NCBI RefSeq assembly: GCF_050872065.1 | Contig: NZ_JBNMGD010000012.1 | Location: forward strand, 1-32,000 | DNA length: 32,000 bases | From: Methanobrevibacter sp. | GTDB lineage: Archaea > Methanobacteriota > Methanobacteria > Methanobacteriales > Methanobacteriaceae | Direction of reading: 5' to 3' | Shown here: positions 7,679 through 14,956 of the stretch, one piece after another | Layout of the letters: the number at the start of each line of letters is the position of its first letter | How positions within the stretch are numbered: the first letter of the stretch is position 1 | The notes under the pieces: generated by a model | What the model saw: the letters and a program-made list of their open reading frames with translations, nothing else | Database searches by the model: none | Told to the model about the DNA's origin: nothing | Position numbers and translations under genes: made by a program

Positions 7679-7725
7679 TGATGGACAGGTTGCGACGAGT
7701 GAAACGAGTCGCAATAGGTATATAC
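7679..7725. other. Two adjacent GC-rich hairpins in an AT-rich intergenic region
   Basis: CTGCCCATC-tct-GATGGACAG forms a 9-bp stem with one mismatch. TTGCGAC-gagtgaaacga-GTCGCAA forms a 7-bp stem. Function unknown. Confidence 0.3.
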
Positions 7726-7755
7726 TAAAAAGTTAGTTAATGGTTGGGTTAAAGT

Positions 7756-7773
7756 GACATTAACATTAACGAT
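7756..7773 (+). repeat. Solo left end of the MITE-like element
   Basis: GACATTAACATTAACGAT is identical to the left terminus of copy B (11983-12000). No matching right end follows. Confidence 0.5.
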
Positions 7774-7959
7774 TGATATTTCCTTACTGGAATTATATTT
7801 TCTTACTAGACAGACATCATACTGGCAAATATGATATATTTTTTTTAAAAGTAACTTTATCAGGTTCTTTGAATGATTTTTTACAACTGGTTTTATTAGG
7901 GATTCAAGAGTTTAATTTGTTGATGATTGTTATTAAGTTATTAATTTAATGGAATGGCT

Positions 7960-8072
7960 TTAACATTAACGGCAAGGGTTCTGGAATTGGATTTGGTTTT
8001 CACACTTGGATATATATGCACGAGTTTCAGGAATTAAGTTTTGAAATGGTAATGTTGGATGTTAATGTTAAT
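7960..8072 (+). repeat. MITE-like element, copy A (about 113 bp)
   Basis: Perfect 11-bp terminal inverted repeats: TTAACATTAAC (7960-7970) and GTTAATGTTAA (8061-8071). About 85% identical to copy B by eye. Non-coding. Confidence 0.7.
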
Positions 8073-8128
8073 AGTTTATATCATAACATTTACAAAACTA
8101 GATTTAACAAAATAATGTTTGGATACAT

Positions 8129-9577
8129 ATGTCAAATTATCATTTTTTTAATAGAAAAGAGCTAGAACAAATTCTTGATGAATGCCTTAATAAAACATTA
8201 GGTGAAGTAGATAAGAACAATGTTTTTGAAATAACAAAGACACATCCTAAATATACTGGAATAGCTGGACATGTAATTGAACAATCTGTATTGGGATATC
8301 CTGCAGATACTAGACAAGAACCTGACTTGGATGTTGATGGTGTTAAAACAGAATTAAAAACAACTGGTATTAAATACATAAGAAATAACACTCAATTTGT
8401 TGCTAAAGAACCTATGAGTATTACGGCCGTGTCTCCTCACACTATCGTTAATGAAACATTTGATGATTCTAATTTTTGGCATAAACTAGCTCACTTATTA
8501 TTTGTTTATTATTTATATGACTCACCAACCACTGTTAAAGCTGCAGGATATGCAGACTTTCCAATTAAAGGTTATCAATTTTATGAATTCAATTCAGAGG
8601 ATACAGAAATATTAAAAAATGACTGGACAATAGTTAGAAACTTTATTTCCTGCTTACAGGATAACTATGAGAATTATGAGGATGAATATCCAAGAATATC
8701 TCATGAATTAAGACCTAAGTTGATGTATATTGATACTGCTCCTAAATGGCCACATAATCCAAGATTCAGATTAAAAAGAAGTGTGGTGTCATCTATCATT
8801 CAAGATCACTTTGGTGAATCTTTAGAGCAATTACCTAAAACATATACTTCCTATTCTGAGATTTATGAAACCTGTCATGAGTTGACAGATCAATATAAAA
8901 ATAAACCAATCCATGAACTTGTTGATTTATTGGATATTAAGGTTAATAGAATTAATAAAGCAATTGGAGAACAGATTATTGTTAAAATGTTTGGTGGAAC
9001 ATCAAGGAAAATGCAAAAGATAAAACTATTCAATAGATTAGGAATTATTGGTAAAACATTAACATTAACAGAGAGAGGACTTCGAAAGGAAGATATGAAA
9101 CTGTTTACAATTGATTTTGATGAATTTACTGAAGATATTGAATTTGAAGATTCACAAACCTATGATTACTTTAACAACAATAGATTTTTATCTATAATAT
9201 TCCAAAGGCCTGAAGCTGATGCTGAAATGAAAGATAATATCTTTTTAGGATTTAAAATGCTTACTTTTGAAAGTAGCTTTATTGAAAATGATGTTAAGAA
9301 TACTTGGGAGAGAATTAAGGATTTAATAGTTAATGATAATCTGGAGGATGTTGTTGTCTTAGATAGCCAAGGACAACCTCGTAAAAATAGAAGCGGTAAT
9401 ATAATGAGTGCTCCTAACTTTCCTAAGAGTTCTGAAGGAAATGTATTCGTTAGAGGAACAAGTTCCACATCTGATGAGAAACCATTGACATTGAATGGAA
9501 TAAAAATGTATAGACAACAAATGTGGGTTAAAGGATTGTATATAGTTAATAAGCTCAATGAAGAGGATTATATTTAA
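8129..9577 (+). CDS. Type II restriction endonuclease, Sau3AI/MutH-like (predicted GATC specificity)
   Basis: 482 aa. The N-terminal MutH-like catalytic region is KYTGIAGHVIEQSVLG...EPDLDVDGVKTELKT (D...ELK). Size and the two-domain layout resemble Sau3AI. The gene is paired with a C5-methyltransferase. Confidence 0.7.
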   Translation: MSNYHFFNRKELEQILDECLNKTLGEVDKNNVFEITKTHPKYTGIAGHVIEQSVLGYPADTRQEPDLDVDGVKTELKTTGIKYIRNNTQFVAKEPMSITAVSPHTIVNETFDDSNFWHKLAHLLFVYYLYDSPTTVKAAGYADFPIKGYQFYEFNSEDTEILKNDWTIVRNFISCLQDNYENYEDEYPRISHELRPKLMYIDTAPKWPHNPRFRLKRSVVSSIIQDHFGESLEQLPKTYTSYSEIYETCHELTDQYKNKPIHELVDLLDIKVNRINKAIGEQIIVKMFGGTSRKMQKIKLFNRLGIIGKTLTLTERGLRKEDMKLFTIDFDEFTEDIEFEDSQTYDYFNNNRFLSIIFQRPEADAEMKDNIFLGFKMLTFESSFIENDVKNTWERIKDLIVNDNLEDVVVLDSQGQPRKNRSGNIMSAPNFPKSSEGNVFVRGTSSTSDEKPLTLNGIKMYRQQMWVKGLYIVNKLNEEDYI

Positions 9578-10833
9578 TCTTCTTTTTCAATTACTCCTTC
9601 TAAATATTTTCCTAGCTTTTGAACAATACCTACTACTAAAGCATTACCCATCATAAAATATCTTCTTCTTTCTGTCATAGCTTTAGATTCTATATTAGTC
9701 CAATTATCCGGAAACATTTGTATTCTTTCAGCTTCAACTGGTGTTAATGTTCTATATATGTCTTTTTCTTCATTAACTCCTATGATATGTGAACTTCTGT
9801 TTGTTGTGCTTTCACTTGTGAGCATTGTTCTTGCAGGTGCATCTAAATGATCTGGAAATGCAATAGCTCCTTCTGAATAGCAATAGGTTTCACCATTTGG
9901 TTTTTTCCTTTCAAGTTTTTTAGAACCTTTCAAGTATTTCCATTTCTCAAGTTTTTCACCAGATATAATGTATTTATCATCAAAATTAGTTTCAAGGATG
10001 TCTCCTAATGTTGTAAACTCTCCAGAATAATTTGGTTCAACTTTATATGTATAAACATTACCATTAATCATACATCCTGCATTATAGAAATGAAAATCAA
10101 ACTCATCACTAACGGAAACAATATCTTCATAGTCTTCTTTAGAAATACTTGATTTGCCTTTTTCTAATTGAGTATCTTTAATTGGGAAATTTGTAGCGAA
10201 TATTCCGTTAGTATACACAAGTTGTTCTGCTGAATATTTTATCATGTCTTTAAAGTAATTGGTAGATTTATGATAAGCATAAATGAATACTCTTCTTCTT
10301 TTTTGAGGAAATCCATATTCTGCTGCATTAATTACTCTCCATTCAACTGCATATCCATTATCAAGAAATGACCTTAACATTATTCCAAAGTCACGTCCTC
10401 TTTGAGTTGATGGTGAACGTAATAATCTATCTACATTTTCAAGTAAAACAAATGGAGGTTGTTTGGTTTCAAGGACTTCGGCTATTTCCCACCAGAGAAC
10501 TCCTTTCTTACCTTCAATACCTTTTTCATTGGATAAAGACCTTGCCACTGAATAATCCTGACATGGAAAACCTCCTACAAGTAATGTGTGATTTGGAATG
10601 GTAGTTTTGTCAACTTTGCCAATATCTTCACATACATGATTTTCAGATGCTCCGAATCTTTCAGTATAGCAATCAAATGCTGCCTGTGTTTTAGTGGATG
10701 GTTCCCATTGGTTAGCCCAGATAAAATCCCAATTATCTTTTTCAGTAACTTCATTGCCGTTATATGTTACTTCATTGAATCCACAGCGGAATCCACCAAC
10801 TCCAGCAAATAATTCTACAACTGTCTTATCCAT
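9574..10833 (-). CDS. DNA (cytosine-5)-methyltransferase
   Basis: Motif I ELFAGVGGF, motif IV GGFPCQDYS, motif VI LLENV, motif VIII QKRRRVFI and motif X GNALVV are present. The likely start is MDKTVVELF at 10833 after a GGAGA RBS; the track extends to 10893. The 3' ends overlap the endonuclease gene by 4 nt. Confidence 0.9.
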   Translation of the reverse strand: MDKTVVELFAGVGGFRCGFNEVTYNGNEVTEKDNWDFIWANQWEPSTKTQAAFDCYTERFGASENHVCEDIGKVDKTTIPNHTLLVGGFPCQDYSVARSLSNEKGIEGKKGVLWWEIAEVLETKQPPFVLLENVDRLLRSPSTQRGRDFGIMLRSFLDNGYAVEWRVINAAEYGFPQKRRRVFIYAYHKSTNYFKDMIKYSAEQLVYTNGIFATNFPIKDTQLEKGKSSISKEDYEDIVSVSDEFDFHFYNAGCMINGNVYTYKVEPNYSGEFTTLGDILETNFDDKYIISGEKLEKWKYLKGSKKLERKKPNGETYCYSEGAIAFPDHLDAPARTMLTSESTTNRSSHIIGVNEEKDIYRTLTPVEAERIQMFPDNWTNIESKAMTERRRYFMMGNALVVGIVQKLGKYLEGVIEKED

Positions 10834-10983
10834 AGTAATTTCTCCAATAGTTAATATATTTATAACAAACATATTAATAATTAACGAGATCAATTAAAAA
10901 GTATTAATTAACTTAAAATTAAACTGATATATAAGAATAATTAAATTAAGAATTCAATTCGTTATAGAACATTATAGGAGCAG

Positions 10984-11229
10984 ATGTTTATGGAAAATTT
11001 AGAAAATGTACATGCTATAATTAATACAATAGCTGAAGACCCAAGAGTGGATGTTTCTAAAATAGATGATTATACATTTAATGTTGTTATTAATGGAGAA
11101 CTAATGGATTCATTTGAAAAACTTGGAGAAATCCAAAAGAAGATAAATGATGGTTGTTCTGATGAATATACTCTTAAAACTATTTATGGTGACGGACAAG
11201 ATGCAAAATTAATTTTAGAAAAGAATTAA
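10984..11229 (+). CDS. Hypothetical small acidic protein (81 aa)
   Basis: AGGAG RBS before the ATG. No family recognised. Confidence 0.55.
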   Translation: MFMENLENVHAIINTIAEDPRVDVSKIDDYTFNVVINGELMDSFEKLGEIQKKINDGCSDEYTLKTIYGDGQDAKLILEKN

Positions 11230-11245
11230 ATTCATAGGTCTTACA

Positions 11246-11527
11246 ATGAGTGCTGACATATTTGAAAAGAATAATATAAGATTACCTACTATTGAAGAAG
11301 TTGAGGAAATAGATAATCCTCCAGTTGTAGCACATTTTACCAATGGACTTTGGGATTGGTATGTAATAGCTGGAGAAAAACTTGATGATGATTATCGTTT
11401 ATTAGGATTAGTTAATGGTGATTATAAAGAGATGGGAACATTTACTTTAAAACAATTAGAAAATGTCTCAGCTAAATTAATATCTATTGAAAACATAAGT
11501 CTTCAAGAAGTAAAGTCCAGAATATAA
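11246..11527 (+). CDS. DUF2958-like protein
   Basis: LPTIEEVEEIDNPPVVAHFTNGLWDWYVIAGEKLDDDYRLLGLVNGDYKEMGTFTLKQLE fits the DUF2958 pattern from memory (LP.lys.E...dp.v..kFf.p...WtWY..E....d..fGlV.G.e.ElGyfsL.EL). That family is common on plasmids and conjugative elements. Confidence 0.55.
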   Translation: MSADIFEKNNIRLPTIEEVEEIDNPPVVAHFTNGLWDWYVIAGEKLDDDYRLLGLVNGDYKEMGTFTLKQLENVSAKLISIENISLQEVKSRI

Positions 11528-11528
11528 T

Positions 11529-11906
11529 TTATTTAACATAATCCGTATATTTCATTAATAATCCAATAACTGTAGGTAATGCAGACTCATAACTTGCAAA
11601 TTCTATGTTTTCTTTTTTACCAATATCTATTTCAATTCCTGTAATCCCTTGAATGGTTTCCGTGTTTATACTTTTAATATCTTTGAACTTGATTACTTTT
11701 CTTGGTTTTTGAATTATTAATCTGTCATCTTCGAGAAATAAAGTTGTAGTTATAACTTCTTGTTCTTCTTTAGCTCCGCCTGCAAGAATTCCTGTTGTTA
11801 AAAATAGTGCAGCACTTGCTAAAGCGGTATTGGATTTTTTAGTAATGACCATTTTAATTTCAGCTTTACCTGCTCTTAAAAGTCTTTCAACTTCTGAATC
11901 AACCAT
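11529..11906 (-). CDS. Hypothetical protein (125 aa)
   Basis: AGGTGA RBS, then ATG 11906 (MVDSEVERLL...). The track start at 11915 is the GTG inside the RBS. One central hydrophobic segment. No family recognised. Confidence 0.55.
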   Translation of the reverse strand: MVDSEVERLLRAGKAEIKMVITKKSNTALASAALFLTTGILAGGAKEEQEVITTTLFLEDDRLIIQKPRKVIKFKDIKSINTETIQGITGIEIDIGKKENIEFASYESALPTVIGLLMKYTDYVK

Positions 11907-11982
11907 GATATTCACCTATTAAAATATTGTTTTTATTATTAATTAAATTGATAGATTTATTTTAAGTTGAATTTAATTCATT

Positions 11983-12097
11983 GACATTAACATTAACGAT
12001 AGGGGTTCTATAATTGGATTTGGATTTCGCACTTGGATATAATGTGCAGGGGTTTCGGGAATTAAGTTTTGAATTGGTGATGGTGGATGTTAATGTC
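11983..12097 (+). repeat. MITE-like element, copy B (about 115 bp)
   Basis: Perfect 11-bp terminal inverted repeats: GACATTAACAT (11983-11993) and ATGTTAATGTC (12087-12097). The internal sequence aligns with copy A. Confidence 0.7.
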
Positions 12098-12486
12098 AGC
12101 AGCCAGAATTTTATTGATGTATATATTTATTTTTTTTATTATGTTTGTTCTATATTTTTTTAAATATTTTTTATAATTTGTAATTTAATTTAATATATAA
12201 ATAGTTCGTATCTTTTCTTTTTTTACGTATATTATAAACAGAAATATACGTTTAATTTATATATAAAATAAGAGAATTTTGAAGTTTTTAGTTAAAAATC
12301 CAAAAAAGAACAAGGACATATACATATGTGTATTACAAGTAGTACATTTATCTAAATTAATAAAAAAGTGTATATGTTGCTTTATTATTCATCATATGTT
12401 ACAATTTTGAAAATATTTTTTGGGTGTTAAATGCTTTACAGAAGTTTCTAATATCTTGAATCAATATCAATAGTTATTAATTTAAA

Positions 12487-12605
12487 ACATTAACATTAAC
12501 ATTAACGGAAGGAGTAATGGTTTTGGATTTGGGTTTTAAACTGGGATATATATGAAAGCATTTCTAAAAAGAGTTTTCAAATAGCTATTGGTGAGTATTA
12601 ATGTA
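12487..12605 (+). repeat. MITE-like element, copy C (diverged)
   Basis: Starts ACATTAACATTAACATTAACGG and ends TATTAATGTA. Internal blocks (TTGGATTTGG, GGGATATATATG, GAGTTTTCAA) are colinear with copies A and B, at roughly 65-70% identity by eye. Confidence 0.5.
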
Positions 12606-12754
12606 TCTGTTATTAATCCGCCCCAGTTTACAAATACTTATTCTAAAATATTAGTTCTTGAGCAATTCATTGTCTTTTAGATATTCAATGAATTTCAAAA
12701 TCATTTTTGTTTCACGTTATCCAATAGCAGTTCTGAAAAGTCAGTTACATAATA

Positions 12755-13297
12755 TCATAAAGAAAAATTATATCGTAATGAACGTCCTGCATGTGCTTTA
12801 GATTCTAATTCATCAATTTTCCTATGAATAATTTTTCTTGCATCATCAACACAACAATTTTCATATAAATAATCATTTTCTTCAGGAGTTACTAATTTAT
12901 AATATTCTGAACTATATCCGTATTTTCGGTATATTTCATTTTCTATTGTTTGTAATATTCTTAATTTAAGTTCTAAGAAATAGGTTGTATTTTTTTTATC
13001 ATTTAAATAAATAAAGATTGGAATTGCATTATCACAAACTTCTGTAATTTTAAATAAATTATTGGTTCTTTCGTATATATTACATAATCTTTTATATGTT
13101 GTTGGACTACCAACTTTTTCAGAAACATTTATTTCATATAAGTTTATAGCTCCTTCTAAATCATTCATTTCTTCTAATAGTTTAGCTTTTTTATTTCTTT
13201 CCAATTGTTTTTTTGTTGGTCTAAAATCTGCAAAAACATTAAGAGTATATCTTTTTCTAGCTTTATCATATCTATCTTTTTTATTTGATGTTTCCAT
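12755..13297 (-). CDS. Hypothetical protein (180 aa), possibly TPR-like helical
   Basis: Complete ORF. On the minus strand its ATG lies 2 nt downstream of repeat R4. The AINLYE...YKRLCNIYE pattern is weakly TPR-like. Confidence 0.6.
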   Translation of the reverse strand: METSNKKDRYDKARKRYTLNVFADFRPTKKQLERNKKAKLLEEMNDLEGAINLYEINVSEKVGSPTTYKRLCNIYERTNNLFKITEVCDNAIPIFIYLNDKKNTTYFLELKLRILQTIENEIYRKYGYSSEYYKLVTPEENDYLYENCCVDDARKIIHRKIDELESKAHAGRSLRYNFSL

Positions 13298-13299
13298 AA

Positions 13300-13336
13300 G
13301 TTCTGAATATTACTTAAGATAATATTCGTTTTAAAC
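13300..13336 (-). repeat. CRISPR-type repeat R4 (perfect, inverted)
   Basis: Exact reverse complement of the 37-mer, same orientation as R3. Confidence 0.9.
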
Positions 13337-13391
13337 GTATGAGTACGAAAAATTATTATTCAAACATATAAATCCAGTTCCTGAAATTGAT

Positions 13392-13718
13392 ATGGACTCA
13401 TTCTTTTTAGATAATCAAAATATTAGAGGAGCACGTACAATCGCAGGAACTATATTGGAGAAAAAACAAATAAAAATACAGGGAAAAATTATTCTAAATT
13501 GGGAAGAATTGCATGCTGTAAAAACATATAGTGGACATTTCCATAAACAAATTAATGGATATGTCCGAAAAAATAGTGATTGGGAGAAATATTTCGAGAA
13601 CCAATTAAATAAAGAATTCACAGGAGATGAGACTATAAAAGAAATTGAAGATTTGATTGAAGACCCTGATTCAGCAATGAAGAAAACACCAAGTTTAACT
13701 CAGAGTATGACCAAATGA
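13392..13718 (+). pseudogene. N-terminal fragment of an ADP-ribosyltransferase (C3/exoenzyme-like) domain gene
   Basis: AVKTYSGHFHKQINGYVRKN matches the Y-[TS]-G-x-x-Y-x-x-IN-x-x-LR region of ART toxins, and IEDPDSAMKKTPSLTQSMT matches the following helix. The ORF stops just where the catalytic Arg strand would begin. Confidence 0.35.
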
Positions 13719-13758
13719 AATAAAGTTAAGGTTTTTATTGCTTCAGTCGTTTCATTGG

Positions 13759-13793
13759 GTTTAAATCAAATTATCTTAAGTAATATCCAGAAC
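13759..13793 (+). repeat. CRISPR-type repeat R5 (degenerate, 35 nt)
   Basis: GTTTAAATCAAATTATCTTAAGTAATATCCAGAAC. The right 24 nt differ from consensus at 1 position. The left part has a 2-nt deletion plus substitutions. Confidence 0.7.
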
Positions 13794-13815
13794 TCACTTG
13801 AAAATTAATTTAACA

Positions 13816-14835
13816 CTATTCATTTAATTTAAACCTTAATATATCATCCCAATGCCTTCTTAATACAATTTCACATTCTAGTTTGTCTAAATCATATGCA
13901 ATAGACCATTGAGTATTACTTGCAATATCTTCAGGGTTTGGGTCTTGTGCTGATGCTTTTAATGCTTTCCATACATCAGTTATTCCATTTCCACCATTAT
14001 TTATTACATCCATTATGGAGTCATACCTTTCTTTTCCTTTTCCATATATTCCATTTACTCTATTTGGTTTTACTTTATCAATATACATTCCATAGAAATT
14101 TGTTGCAGCTTTAAATTTAGTAACAACCATTGGTCTTTCTTCTTTTTCAGGATCAAATTCCACTACTCTACCATCCCCAGTCTTATCTGTTATATAGAAA
14201 TGATAATCCCTCCCACTCGTAGATAAAATATCATATTGTTTGATTAATTTTATCGCTTCTTCTGTTGTTTTAGCTTTATCTAAAATTAATCTAATTAATA
14301 CAGTCGTTAATAAAATAGGTTTCCCAGTTTTTTGAATTGTTGGTTTGCTTGTTTGTGTCAATACAGCTATTCCAAGCCCCTTTTCATTAATCCCATCTAA
14401 ACAGATATATGGTGAAATTAAACATAATGCTTTTGTTCCCCTGCTTATTTCGGGATCATTATTATAAATATGATTTAATGCTGCAAATCCTATTGATTTA
14501 TATCCATTTTTAGGATTACATCTTACAAGTAGTGCTGATGAATCAAAAGAGAAATCATAGTTCCTTCCAAATAAAAATTTTTCATCATTTGGCATTGTAA
14601 ATGCTGAACATCCATAATTAGGAATTTCCAATTCCAATTCTACTCCCGGAAGAGCATCTGCGAAGGTTAATTCCATCATTTGTTGATCACTTATCTCTCC
14701 TTCGACAATTGGAGTTACCTTATCGATATTATAATCATATTTTATTTCTATAGAATAAAGATTATAATCATTATATTCCGTAAGTTTTTTAATGGTTTTA
14801 ATTGATTCCATTCTATCTTCTGATAATTCTAACAT
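13816..14835 (-). CDS. Ntn-hydrolase, peptidase C45 / choloylglycine-hydrolase-like
   Basis: NYGCSAFTM (candidate nucleophile Cys after a roughly 74-aa pro-region) followed by FGRNYDF. DKTGDGRVVEF and the overall length fit linear-amide C-N hydrolases. Confidence 0.6.
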   Translation of the reverse strand: MLELSEDRMESIKTIKKLTEYNDYNLYSIEIKYDYNIDKVTPIVEGEISDQQMMELTFADALPGVELELEIPNYGCSAFTMPNDEKFLFGRNYDFSFDSSALLVRCNPKNGYKSIGFAALNHIYNNDPEISRGTKALCLISPYICLDGINEKGLGIAVLTQTSKPTIQKTGKPILLTTVLIRLILDKAKTTEEAIKLIKQYDILSTSGRDYHFYITDKTGDGRVVEFDPEKEERPMVVTKFKAATNFYGMYIDKVKPNRVNGIYGKGKERYDSIMDVINNGGNGITDVWKALKASAQDPNPEDIASNTQWSIAYDLDKLECEIVLRRHWDDILRFKLNE

Positions 14836-14956
14836 TCTTTCATCCTATTAATATTTTTTCTATATTTATAAAAAAAAGTTCAATGAAATACTGACTAATT
14901 TTAAATATTTCACCATTCCATATTTAAAGTTTATGTAAAATTACCCCTTCACCCTA

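Noticed and set aside
7669-7730. A tRNA or tRNA fragment as an integration target in the GC-rich patch
   Set aside because: No cloverleaf can be drawn. There is no acceptor-stem pairing or GTTCGAATC-type T-loop, and the patch is only about 50 nt long.
6731-7736. Track ORFs 6731-7024(-), 7218-7427(+) and 7554-7736(+)
   Set aside because: These are antisense or shadow frames of the TIR-like and RHH genes, or span the promoter region. Their Leu/Phe/Ser-rich composition is typical of reverse frames in AT-rich coding DNA.
12616-12652. A possible seventh, heavily degraded repeat copy (GTTTACAAATACTTATTCTAAAATATTAGTTCTTGAG)
   Set aside because: Only about 16 of 37 positions match without gaps, and the hairpin is not preserved. 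That is not distinguishable from chance in DNA this AT-rich.
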